Positions 1-9,065 of a stretch of 55,008 nucleotides of DNA are shown in pieces (positions within the stretch are counted from its first letter, which is position 1; every line of letters begins with the position of its first letter). The position numbers and the translations under genes were made by a program. Where the stretch lies: positions 1 to 55,008 of the forward strand of contig CBDHEC010000026.1 of the NCBI GenBank assembly GCA_965261975.1, in the 5' to 3' direction. The notes beneath the pieces were generated by a model. The model did not search any database. It saw only the letters and a list, made by a program, of their open reading frames with translations, and was not told the DNA's origin. This stretch comes from Alphaproteobacteria bacterium. GTDB taxonomy: Bacteria; Pseudomonadota; Alphaproteobacteria; UBA6615.

Positions 1-2
1 CG

Positions 3-179
3 GGCGAAACAGTCCAGATGCCGGTCACCTTCTTCGTCGACCCCGCCATTGCGGAAGACCAGAACCTCGACGATGTGACCGAAATAACCCTGAGTTACAC
101 TTTCTTCCGCGACCGTGACGCCGATGCCGAACGCAAGGCGGCGGCGTTGCAGAAGACCGAAAACACACGAGTGAACTGA
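3..179 (+). CDS. ctaG: Cytochrome c oxidase assembly protein CtaG/Cox11, 3' end (partial)
   Basis: Manual translation from base 3 gives GETVQMPVTFFVDPAIAEDQNLDDVTEITLSYTFF...*, the Cox11 C-terminal MPVxFxxDP / ITLSYTF motifs; lies just upstream of cox3. Confidence 0.9.
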   Translation, partial: GETVQMPVTFFVDPAIAEDQNLDDVTEITLSYTFFRDRDADAERKAAALQKTENTRVN

Positions 180-232
180 TACCTGTCAAAAGTCCGGACC
201 AGGAATATCCGGCGCAATAGTGAGACAAGCAT

Positions 233-1087
233 ATGAGTGATCACGCACACGACGAATCACACGGCAACCACCCCTACCACATGGTTGAACCGAGCCATTG
301 GCCGATTGTCGGGTCGATTGCCGGACTGCTGATGGCCTTCGGCCTCGTGTTTGCCATGCATCCGGGGTCTCTGGGCGCCGGGCTGCAGCCGTTCCTCGAG
401 ACCCTGGGTTACTGGACTGTCGCCCCGGGTGGCATCCTCGCCATGATGACCATGATGGGCTGGTGGCGTGACGTCATCGACGAAGCGCATGTGCAGAAGA
501 TGCACACCAAGGTCGTGCAGCTCAGCCTGCGTTACGGCATGATGCTGTTCATCATCTCCGAGGTGATGTTCTTCGCGGCCTGGTTCTGGGCGTTCTTCGG
601 CGCGGCTCTGTTCCCGAACGAGGCGATCGGCATGGTCTGGCCGCCGGACGGTGTGGAGGTCTTCAACCCGTTCGACCTGCCGCTGCTGAACACGCTGATC
701 CTGCTGACATCCGGTTTCACCGTCACCTGGGCGCATCACGATATCCGTGAGGGCAACATGCCTCACGCGGCCAAGATGCTGGGCTGGACGGTTTTGCTGG
801 GCATGTTGTTCACGGCCGCGCAGATCTTTGAATATGCCCACGCGCCGTTCGGTTTCACCGACGACATTTACTCCTCGACGTTCTTCATGGCGACCGGCTT
901 CCACGGTTTCCACGTGATCGTCGGTACGGTGTTCCTCGCCGTTTGCTGGTGGCGTACCGCGAAGGGCCAGTTCACGAAGGACCACCATTTCGGCTTCGAG
1001 GCGGCCGCCTGGTACTGGCATTTCGTTGATGTCGTCTGGCTGTTCCTGTTCTCGTTCGTCTATGTCTGGAGCACCTTCGGCGCCTGA
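233..1087 (+). CDS. ctaE: Cytochrome c oxidase subunit III
   Basis: HPYHMVEPSHWP, FIISEVMFF, TGFHGFHV and WYWHFVDVVW motifs. Confidence 0.98.
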   Translation: MSDHAHDESHGNHPYHMVEPSHWPIVGSIAGLLMAFGLVFAMHPGSLGAGLQPFLETLGYWTVAPGGILAMMTMMGWWRDVIDEAHVQKMHTKVVQLSLRYGMMLFIISEVMFFAAWFWAFFGAALFPNEAIGMVWPPDGVEVFNPFDLPLLNTLILLTSGFTVTWAHHDIREGNMPHAAKMLGWTVLLGMLFTAAQIFEYAHAPFGFTDDIYSSTFFMATGFHGFHVIVGTVFLAVCWWRTAKGQFTKDHHFGFEAAAWYWHFVDVVWLFLFSFVYVWSTFGA

Positions 1088-1112
1088 TCGGGCAGATGAT
1101 CGGACCACCGGC

Positions 1113-1484
1113 TTGACCGAGTATTATCCACGGCAATCCAGCGTGAAAACCGGTTTGCGCTGCGCCTGTCCGCATTGTGGGCAAGGCAAGCTCTATGTCG
1201 GGTTGCTGACGGTTCGCGAAAGCTGCTCGGTTTGCGGTTTCGACTATGGCCGGCTGAACACCGATGACGGGGCCGCGTTCTTCATTATCGTTCTGTACAG
1301 CGCGCTGATCCTCCCGCTGGCAGCCTGGTTCCAGTTTGCCGTCGCGCCGCCGGTCTGGGTTCATTTCCTGGTCTGGATTCCGGTGATCATCGTGGGGGCG
1401 ATTGCATTGATGCGCCCGTTCAAGGCCTGGCTGATCGCGCAGCAGTTCAAGCATAATGTGGACGACGCGGATATCACGCGCTGA
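1113..1484 (+). CDS. DUF983 family membrane protein
   Basis: GLRCACPHCGQGKLY...CSVCG...DDGAAFF followed by two TM helices; usual position after cox3; TTG start at 1113 inferred. Confidence 0.85.
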   Translation: MTEYYPRQSSVKTGLRCACPHCGQGKLYVGLLTVRESCSVCGFDYGRLNTDDGAAFFIIVLYSALILPLAAWFQFAVAPPVWVHFLVWIPVIIVGAIALMRPFKAWLIAQQFKHNVDDADITR

Positions 1485-1518
1485 ACCGGGGCGGCGGCCG
1501 CCCAGTTGAAAGATAACG

Positions 1519-2229
1519 ATGCGCTTCCAACCGACATTCTGGGCCACCGCCCTGGCATTGCCGATGCTGATCGTCCTGATCGCGCTTGGCACCTGGCAGG
1601 TGCAGCGTCTGGAATGGAAGAACGATTTGATCGAAACCCGCACGGCGCGCGTGGGGGTCGCACCCGTCGAGATTACCGAAGCTCTGGCCTCGGCCGATGA
1701 CATGGCCGATATCGAATACCGGCCTGTGACGGTATCGGGGGCATTGCGCAATGACCGTGCGATGATCCTGCTCAACCGGGTCCACGACGGTGGCGTCGGT
1801 GGCCACCTGATCGCCCCGCTCGAGCTTGCGAACGGGCTGGGTACGGTGATGGTTGACCGGGGATGGATGCCTTTGCCGGATCTGCGGGCATTCACGGCGG
1901 CCGCGGGTGAGCCCGTCACCCTCGATGGGTTCGTGCGCCTATACGCGGAGCCGGGGTTCTTCGTGCCGGAGAACGAGCCGGGTGCGAACAACTGGTTCTA
2001 CATGGATGAAGCCGGAATGCTGGCGACGGCGAACCTGTCCGGGCCGGTGGGGTTCTACATCCAGGCCGGACCGAACGCGACGCCGCCGGGCGTCTACCCC
2101 CTGGGGTCTGTGCCCGACGTTAACCTTCGGAATTCACACCTTGAATATGCCGTGACCTGGTATGCGCTGGCGGCGGTGTTGATCGTGATCTTCATTCTAT
2201 TTCACTGGAAGCGAAACGAAGATGGGTGA
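1519..2229 (+). CDS. surf1: SURF1 family cytochrome oxidase biogenesis protein
   Basis: LGTWQVQRLEWK, VDRGW and NSHLEYAVTWY motifs. Confidence 0.95.
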   Translation: MRFQPTFWATALALPMLIVLIALGTWQVQRLEWKNDLIETRTARVGVAPVEITEALASADDMADIEYRPVTVSGALRNDRAMILLNRVHDGGVGGHLIAPLELANGLGTVMVDRGWMPLPDLRAFTAAAGEPVTLDGFVRLYAEPGFFVPENEPGANNWFYMDEAGMLATANLSGPVGFYIQAGPNATPPGVYPLGSVPDVNLRNSHLEYAVTWYALAAVLIVIFILFHWKRNEDG

Positions 2230-3733
2230 CCGCGCGGCCTATGACGGCCTGAAAGAGACATATCGGCGTCGCGCCTTGATCGGTGATGCGCTTGGCATTC
2301 TCGGTTGGGACCAGGCCACGACCATGCCCGAGGGCAGCGCTGACGGACGCGCGGAGCAGATCGCGACCCTCAGTGTCATGCGCCACGAACTGGTCGTCGA
2401 CCCCGAGGTAGCCGACGGAATCGCGCAGGCGAAACAGGATTTTGCCGCACAAGACACCGATGATTGGGATCGCAGCAATCTGCGTGAAATGGAACGCGCC
2501 TACACGATGGCCGCGGCGGTCCCCGGTGATCTGGTTGAGGCGGCGGCGCGGGCGAATGCTGTGTGTGAGCTGCAATGGCGCCGTGCGCGCGCCGAGAATG
2601 ACTATGCCGGCCTGTTGCCAACGCTGCGAGAGGTACTCAACCTCGTGAGGCAGACGGCGGATGCACGCGCCGATGCACTTTCGCTGGCGCCCTATGATGC
2701 GCTGCTTGAGGAATTCGAGGCCGGCACGCGAACGACCCGCCTTGACCCGCTTTTCGACCGGCTGGCGTCATTCCTGCCCGATTTTCTGCCGCAGGTTCTG
2801 GAACGCCAAAAGGGACGACCGGCGCCGGTTCGCCCGGAGGGCCCGTTCGCCATCGCCGAGCAACGCGCCCTGGCCGCGGAATTGATGCAAGGGCTGGGTT
2901 TTGATTTTGACCGCGGCCGGCTGGATGTCAGCCATCATCCATTCTGTGGCGGGGCCACGGGCGATGTGCGAATCACGACCCGATACAATGAGGATGATTT
3001 CACCGAATCCCTGATGGGCGTTCTGCACGAGACGGGCCACGCGCTCTATGAGGCCGGGTTGCCCGTGGACTGGCGCTTCCAGCCGGTGGGCAATGCGCTT
3101 GGCATGGCGATCCACGAAAGCCAGTCGCTGTTGATCGAGATGCAGGTGAGCCGATCACGGCCGTTTCTGAGCTACGCGCTGCCGCGCATGCAGACCGCGT
3201 TTGCCGGCACCGGCACGGCTTGGGATGTCGACAATATCTACCGGCTCTACACGCATGTTGAGCCCGGTTTTATTCGGGTGGATGCCGATGAGGTGACCTA
3301 CCCGTTGCACGTCATCCTGCGCTACCGCCTCGAGCAGGCCATGTTGTCGGGCGATCTCGATCTGGCCGATCTTCCGGGAGCATGGAACGACGGCATGCGC
3401 GATTTGCTTGGAATCACGCCACCGGACGACCGGCTGGGTTGTCTGCAGGATGTTCACTGGCCGTCGGGCGCGTTCGGTTATTTCCCGACCTACACGCTCG
3501 GTGCAATGGCGGCGGCGCAGTTCTACCGCGCCGCACGTCGCGACATGCCCGATCTCGAGACGGACATCGCAACGGGCGACCTGGCGGGCCTTGTGTCCTG
3601 GTTGCGAACCCATGTCCATGGCCGGGGGTCATGTCACACCGCGGACGAATTACTGACCCGCGCGACGGGAGAAGCGCTGAATTCCGAGATCTTTCTCGCG
3701 CATCTACAGTCGCGCTATTTGGATGATTCCTGA
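2222..3733 (+). CDS. Carboxypeptidase M32 (Taq type)
   Basis: HPFC, DVRITTRY, HETGH, HESQS, IRVDADE, GCLQDVHW and GYFPTYTLG motifs. Confidence 0.96.
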   Translation: MGDRAAYDGLKETYRRRALIGDALGILGWDQATTMPEGSADGRAEQIATLSVMRHELVVDPEVADGIAQAKQDFAAQDTDDWDRSNLREMERAYTMAAAVPGDLVEAAARANAVCELQWRRARAENDYAGLLPTLREVLNLVRQTADARADALSLAPYDALLEEFEAGTRTTRLDPLFDRLASFLPDFLPQVLERQKGRPAPVRPEGPFAIAEQRALAAELMQGLGFDFDRGRLDVSHHPFCGGATGDVRITTRYNEDDFTESLMGVLHETGHALYEAGLPVDWRFQPVGNALGMAIHESQSLLIEMQVSRSRPFLSYALPRMQTAFAGTGTAWDVDNIYRLYTHVEPGFIRVDADEVTYPLHVILRYRLEQAMLSGDLDLADLPGAWNDGMRDLLGITPPDDRLGCLQDVHWPSGAFGYFPTYTLGAMAAAQFYRAARRDMPDLETDIATGDLAGLVSWLRTHVHGRGSCHTADELLTRATGEALNSEIFLAHLQSRYLDDS

Positions 3734-3744
3734 CGCGCGTCGCC

Positions 3745-3773
3745 TTGTATCCGCATTTGGCGTTGGATAGGTT
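3745..3773 (+). promoter_or_regulatory. Putative sigma70 promoter of thrC
   Basis: TTGTAT-N17-TAGGTT in the intergenic gap upstream of thrC. Confidence 0.5.
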
Positions 3774-3801
3774 AGCGCGCTTTTCGTCGAAGGAACCGAT
3801 A

Positions 3802-5208
3802 TTGGAATATGTAAGCACCAGGGGTACTACGCCGGCGTTGGCTTTCGAGGACGTTCTGCTGAGCGGGCTTGCGCGCGACGGCGGCTTGTTCGTGCCGGCA
3901 TCCTGGCCCACGGTCGATGAAGCAGACATCCGCGCCTTGAGGGGGCTGGACTATGCCGACATCGCGGCGCGGATCGTGCGCCCGTTTGTTGCGCATGAGG
4001 TGCTCAGCGACGCAGCGCTGAAACAGCTGACGCAGGAAACCTATGCCGGGTTCGACCATCCCGAGGTGGCCCCGCTGCGCCAGATCGACGACGACACCTG
4101 GCTGCTGGAGCTCTTCCACGGCCCCACCCTGGCATTCAAGGATTTCGCGCTCCAGTTGCTCGGGCGGCTGTTCGAGCATGCACTGGCACGCCGCGGTGCG
4201 CGCATCACCATCGTTGGTGCGACGTCGGGCGACACGGGGTCGGCCGCGATCGAGGCGTGCCGGGACCGCTCCAACATCGACATCTTCATGCTCCACCCGC
4301 AAGGCCGCGTGTCCGAGGTTCAGCGGCGCCAGATGACGACCGTCGTTGCGGACAATGTCTACAACATTGCGCTGGGCGGGACGTTCGATGACTGCCAGGA
4401 CCTTGTAAAGGCGCTGTTTGCGGACCACGAACTGCGTGATGAAGTTGGGCTTTCGGCCGTCAACTCGATCAACTGGGCCCGGATCATGGGCCAGACCGCA
4501 TACTATTTCGCGGCCGGTGCAAAGCTCGGCGCACCCGACGAGGCGCTGACCTTCGTGGTGCCGACGGGGAATTTCGGGAATGTTTATTCGGCCTATGTCG
4601 CGCGCCAGATGGGGCTGCCCATCTCCCGGCTGATCGTGGCGTCCAATCGCAATGACATTCTTTATCGCTTCTTCGCCCGCGGCGACATGTCCATTTCGTC
4701 CGTCGAGCCGTCCTACTCGCCGAGCATGGACATCCAGGTGTCGAGCAATTTCGAGCGGCTGATGTTCGACCTGCTGGATCGGGACGGTGCCGCCGTCGAG
4801 GAGGCCATGCGCGTGTTCCGCCGGGACGGTGTCCTGCCGGACGCGCAGAAACTCAGCGATGACGCGCGCGGCCTGTTTGAGGCGCATCGCCTGGATGACG
4901 ACGAAACCCTCGAAGTCATACGCGATGTGCATGCGCGCTCCGGGGTCCTCGTCGATCCGCATACGGCAGTCGGGATCGGGGCCGCGCGCAAGGCGCCGCG
5001 CGACGGGCATAAACGGATTGTGCTTGCCACTGCCCATCCGGCGAAGTTCCCGGATGCGGTGGAGAAGGCGACGGGGGTGCGGCCGGAATTGCCGTCACAT
5101 CTGTCGGACCTTTTGCAACGCCCCGAGCAGTCGGAAGCCATCGACAATGATGTTGCGGCGGTGCGTGCATATGTCCGCACCCATGCGGCCGCCCGAAAGA
5201 CAGGCTGA
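3802..5208 (+). CDS. thrC: Threonine synthase
   Basis: YVSTRG, ELFHGPTLAFKD, ATSGDTG, NSINWAR, PTGNFG and TAHPAKF motifs; TTG start at 3802 inferred. Confidence 0.97.
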   Translation: MEYVSTRGTTPALAFEDVLLSGLARDGGLFVPASWPTVDEADIRALRGLDYADIAARIVRPFVAHEVLSDAALKQLTQETYAGFDHPEVAPLRQIDDDTWLLELFHGPTLAFKDFALQLLGRLFEHALARRGARITIVGATSGDTGSAAIEACRDRSNIDIFMLHPQGRVSEVQRRQMTTVVADNVYNIALGGTFDDCQDLVKALFADHELRDEVGLSAVNSINWARIMGQTAYYFAAGAKLGAPDEALTFVVPTGNFGNVYSAYVARQMGLPISRLIVASNRNDILYRFFARGDMSISSVEPSYSPSMDIQVSSNFERLMFDLLDRDGAAVEEAMRVFRRDGVLPDAQKLSDDARGLFEAHRLDDDETLEVIRDVHARSGVLVDPHTAVGIGAARKAPRDGHKRIVLATAHPAKFPDAVEKATGVRPELPSHLSDLLQRPEQSEAIDNDVAAVRAYVRTHAAARKTG

Positions 5209-5216
5209 GAGCGCTT

Positions 5217-6479
5217 ATGAGCGATGTCCAGATAACCACGCTTGCCAATGGCGTCCGGGTGGTCAGCGACGAGATGCCGACCGTTGAATCCGTATCCATC
5301 GGCATGTGGGTGCGGGCCGGAGCGCGTTTCGAGGCCCCCGAGGTGAACGGTGTCGCACATCTGCTCGAGCATATGATGTTCAAGGGTACGTCGCGCCGGA
5401 CATCCCAACAGATCGCGGAGTCGATCGAGAGCGTCGGCGGGCACATCAATGCCTATACCGCCCGGGAGGTCACCGCGTACTACGCCAAGGTGTTGAAAGA
5501 TGATGCCGGGTTGGCGATCGATGTGATCGCGGACTTCATGCAGAACTCCCTCTTTGACGAAGACGAGCTGGGCCGCGAACGTTCGGTGGTGTTGCAGGAA
5601 ATCGGGCAGGCGCGGGATACGCCCGACGATGTTGTGTTCGACAATTTTCAGGCCATTGCGTTCCCCGAACAGCCTCTGGGGCGGCCGGTTCTGGGGCGCC
5701 CCGATGTTGTCGGACAGATGTCGCGGGATGCCATCGTGGGCTTCCATGGACGTCATTATCATGGCGGTTCGATCGTCCTCGCCGCCGCCGGTGGCATCAC
5801 GCATGATGCGCTGGTGGCGCTGGCGGAAGATCATTTGTCCGAGGTTCCCGCAGGTTCGTCGCAGACCTTACCGCTGGCCGAGTATGGCGGCGGGGAAAGC
5901 CGTGAGTCGCGCGAGCTTGAGCAGGTACATTTCGTGATCGGGTTTCGCGGCGCACCGGTCGGGTCGGACGAGTATTACGCCTTGTCGGTTCTCTCCAACC
6001 TCTTCGGTGGGGGCATGTCCTCGCGCCTTTTTCAGGAAATCCGCGAGCGTCGCGGCTTGGTGTACTCGGTCGACACCTTCCTTTCGGCCTTCTCGGACGA
6101 AGGCGTGTTCGGCATTTACGCCGGGACGGGACCGGAACTCATCGGTGAGTTCGTGCCGGCCCTGTGCGATGAAATTTCGCGCTTGCCTTCGACGTTGGGC
6201 GAAGATGAAATTGCGCGCGCGCGCACGCAGTTGAAGGCCAACCTGCTCATGGGCATGGAATCCACCGGTGCCCGGGCCGAACGGGCGGGCCAGCAGATGC
6301 TATTGTATGATCGGGTGGTATCTGTCGGTGAACTTGTTGAAAAGATCGAGAACGTGACAGCCGAAACCCTCGCGATAAGTGCGCAGAAATTGCTCGAATC
6401 CACCCCGTGCCTGGCCACGATCGGGCCGGCGACGACAATGGAATCCTTCGACGCGATCCGACGCCGGCTGGCAGCCTAG
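5217..6479 (+). CDS. M16 (pitrilysin/MPP-like) zinc peptidase
   Basis: Inverted zinc motif HLLEHMMFKGT, INAYT, GGGMSSRLFQEIRE. Confidence 0.95.
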   Translation: MSDVQITTLANGVRVVSDEMPTVESVSIGMWVRAGARFEAPEVNGVAHLLEHMMFKGTSRRTSQQIAESIESVGGHINAYTAREVTAYYAKVLKDDAGLAIDVIADFMQNSLFDEDELGRERSVVLQEIGQARDTPDDVVFDNFQAIAFPEQPLGRPVLGRPDVVGQMSRDAIVGFHGRHYHGGSIVLAAAGGITHDALVALAEDHLSEVPAGSSQTLPLAEYGGGESRESRELEQVHFVIGFRGAPVGSDEYYALSVLSNLFGGGMSSRLFQEIRERRGLVYSVDTFLSAFSDEGVFGIYAGTGPELIGEFVPALCDEISRLPSTLGEDEIARARTQLKANLLMGMESTGARAERAGQQMLLYDRVVSVGELVEKIENVTAETLAISAQKLLESTPCLATIGPATTMESFDAIRRRLAA

Positions 6480-6490
6480 GACGCGACGCG

Positions 6491-7105
6491 ATGCGGCTGT
6501 TTCGTACCTTCTCGGGCAATGCCTCCAGCGTGCGGCTGGAGGGCCGGCGCACGTTCCTGCGTCCGCCCGTCGAACGCGATTGGCGCTCCTATGCCGAGAT
6601 TCGTGCCGCGAGCCGACAGTTCCTGGAACCCTGGGAGCCGACCTGGCCGTCGGATGCGCTGAGCCGGGATGCATTTTACCGGCGCCTGAACCGCTATGCC
6701 GGCGACTGGCGTAACGATACCGGCTACAGCATGTTCGTCTTCGAGCAGCAAAGCGCCGCACTTCTTGGCGGGATCAGCCTGTCCAACGTGCGCCGCGGCG
6801 TCGCCCAGTGCGGCACCCTGGGCTACTGGATCGGCGAGGCCTATGCCGGCCAGGGTTACATGCGCGAGGGATTGGAGCTTCTGCTCGGGTTTTGTTTCTC
6901 CGAACTGGGCCTGCACCGGGTGGAGGCGGCCTGTCTGCCGACCAATGCGGCCAGCCGGGGTCTGTTGATGGCCACAGGTTTTTCGGAAGACGGGTTTGCC
7001 CGCAAATATCTCAAGATCAGGGGTGTCTGGCAGGACCATTTGCTGTTCTCCAAACTGGCAGAGGATCACAAGGCCGCCGCGTCGCGCGCACCGGCTTCGA
7101 GATAA
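6491..7105 (+). CDS. rimJ: RimJ-like GNAT N-acetyltransferase
   Basis: FLEPWEP, NVRRGVAQCGTLGYWIG, LHRVEAACLPTN and WQDH motifs. Confidence 0.88.
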   Translation: MRLFRTFSGNASSVRLEGRRTFLRPPVERDWRSYAEIRAASRQFLEPWEPTWPSDALSRDAFYRRLNRYAGDWRNDTGYSMFVFEQQSAALLGGISLSNVRRGVAQCGTLGYWIGEAYAGQGYMREGLELLLGFCFSELGLHRVEAACLPTNAASRGLLMATGFSEDGFARKYLKIRGVWQDHLLFSKLAEDHKAAASRAPASR

Positions 7106-7124
7106 TGCCGGTATCGCATCTTCG

Positions 7125-8336
7125 ATGACCCGGGCTGTCGTTTCCAGCGAGGTTCTCGCGCGAAAGCGCCTGCGTGTCTGGACCATCCTGCTCACCAGCG
7201 GTCTCGCGTTTCTGGCGCCGTCGGCCATCGCGCCCGGCCTCCCGGCTCTTCGCGCCGAGTATGCGCATGTCGAACATGCAGCGCTCCTGTCGCCGCTTGT
7301 GCTGACGATGCCCATGCTGTTCATCGCCCTGGCGGGTCCGTTTGCCGGCTATGCTGTTGATCGGTTCGGGCGCCGTAACATACTCATCGCATCGACACTG
7401 CTGTATGGCCTCGCGGGTGTTTCCGGGCTGGTGATCGAATCGATCGTCTGGCTGCTGGTCAGTCGTGCCCTTCTGGGTGTCTTCCTCGCCGGGATCATGA
7501 CCGGCGTGACGGCGCTGGTCGGTGACTATTTCGCCGGCGATGAACGCAATCGGGTCGCGGGGCTGCAGGGTGCGTTCATGTCGCTGGGGACGCTCACCTT
7601 TGTGGTGATTGCGGGTTTGCTTGCCGAAATTCACTGGCGCGTCGGTTTTGCGCTGTTCGCGACGGCGTTTGCGCTGCTGCCGCTGATGTTCCTCAGCCTC
7701 TATGAGCCCGACCGCAGTGGCGATCTGGAATCGGGAGCACCCGAACCGCCGCCGACCATGCGGCAATGGATGGGGATCGGGCTGATTTGCGCGTTGACGT
7801 TCGTGACCATGATCATGCTGTTCATGATTCCGTCGCAGACGGCGTTTTTCCTCGTCGAGATTGGCGTCGATGATCCGACGCGCGCGGGACTGGCAATCGG
7901 TCTTTTCAATCTTTCGGCGGGCGTGGCATCGCTGTCTTACAGCCGCGTTCGCAAGCACCTCAGTTCGGAAACAATCTTTGCGCTGCTGTTCGCCATCGGT
8001 GGCGTCGGGTTTGTCATGACAGGGCTTGCCGACAGCTTCACGGCCACGATGATCGCCATGGGGGTCGGCGGGTTTTCGGTCGGTGCATTCCTGCCGAATA
8101 TCAATCTGGCCATTATCTCGCGCACGTCGATGGCGGTTCGAGGCAGGGCGCTGGGCGCACTGACCACCATGTTTTTCCTGGGCCAGTTCTTCTCGCCGGT
8201 TTACGCCGTGCCGATCGCCAGCGTGAGCAGCGTGGGGAATGTATTCGTTGTCAGCGGATACATTCTGCTCGGGCTCAGCGCCGTATTTTGCATCATCGTG
8301 ATGAGCCGCCGCCGCGACGTGGCGGCCGTAAGTTAG
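7125..8336 (+). CDS. MFS transporter
   Basis: About 12 hydrophobic segments; motif A GYAVDRFGRR. Confidence 0.9.
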   Translation: MTRAVVSSEVLARKRLRVWTILLTSGLAFLAPSAIAPGLPALRAEYAHVEHAALLSPLVLTMPMLFIALAGPFAGYAVDRFGRRNILIASTLLYGLAGVSGLVIESIVWLLVSRALLGVFLAGIMTGVTALVGDYFAGDERNRVAGLQGAFMSLGTLTFVVIAGLLAEIHWRVGFALFATAFALLPLMFLSLYEPDRSGDLESGAPEPPPTMRQWMGIGLICALTFVTMIMLFMIPSQTAFFLVEIGVDDPTRAGLAIGLFNLSAGVASLSYSRVRKHLSSETIFALLFAIGGVGFVMTGLADSFTATMIAMGVGGFSVGAFLPNINLAIISRTSMAVRGRALGALTTMFFLGQFFSPVYAVPIASVSSVGNVFVVSGYILLGLSAVFCIIVMSRRRDVAAVS

Positions 8337-8911
8337 GCGCGGCCGGAGGTGCCCGACAGCACCGAGAGGTCGACGCCGATACTGTTGAAGGCGCGCTCCC
8401 ATTTGTCATCGTCGCCGACCTCGAACATCAGGCTTTCGTCGTAGGGGACGGAAAGCCAGGCATTGTCGTGGATTTCGGATTCGAGCTGGCCGGCGCCCCA
8501 GCCGGCATAGCCGAGCGCGAGTATCGAGCGATCGGGCCCTTCACCCTGGGCCAGGGCACGCAGGATATCGAGGGTCGCGGTGAGGCCGACTTGCTCCGTC
8601 ACCATCAAAGTCTCGGTGTGGAGGTATTCGCCCGAATGGAGGACGAAGCCGCGTTGATTTTCGACGGGGCCTCCGAAGTGAACCGTGACATCGCGCGCGC
8701 TGTCGGTGGCCGGGATGTCCAGTTGCCCGAGGAGTTCGTGAAAATCGATTGAATCGAGACGCTTGTTGATCACCAGCCCCATTGCGCCTTCGTCACTATG
8801 TGCACACATGTAGATGACGGCGCGCTCAAAGCGCGGATCGGTCATCGCGGGCATCGCCAGGAGCATCTGCCCCTCGAAATACGTCCCTGTCGCGGATTCG
8901 GTGTCGGTCAT
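8333..8911 (-). CDS. YqgE/AlgH family protein
   Basis: LLAMPAMTDPRF, GAMGLVIN, GGPV and LGYAGWGAGQLE motifs. Confidence 0.95.
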   Translation of the reverse strand: MTDTESATGTYFEGQMLLAMPAMTDPRFERAVIYMCAHSDEGAMGLVINKRLDSIDFHELLGQLDIPATDSARDVTVHFGGPVENQRGFVLHSGEYLHTETLMVTEQVGLTATLDILRALAQGEGPDRSILALGYAGWGAGQLESEIHDNAWLSVPYDESLMFEVGDDDKWERAFNSIGVDLSVLSGTSGRA

Positions 8912-9065
8912 GTTTTCCTGGTTTCCTGATGCCGGTGCCGAGGCATTATTCCGACACGTAATTGTGAGGGCTGTTGAGCAGCGAGCCGGTATATTCCGGG
9001 CTAATCATTCCTATATTTCAAGCGTTAGAATTCTTTATCACCGTCACAGGCACTCCAGCCGGGGC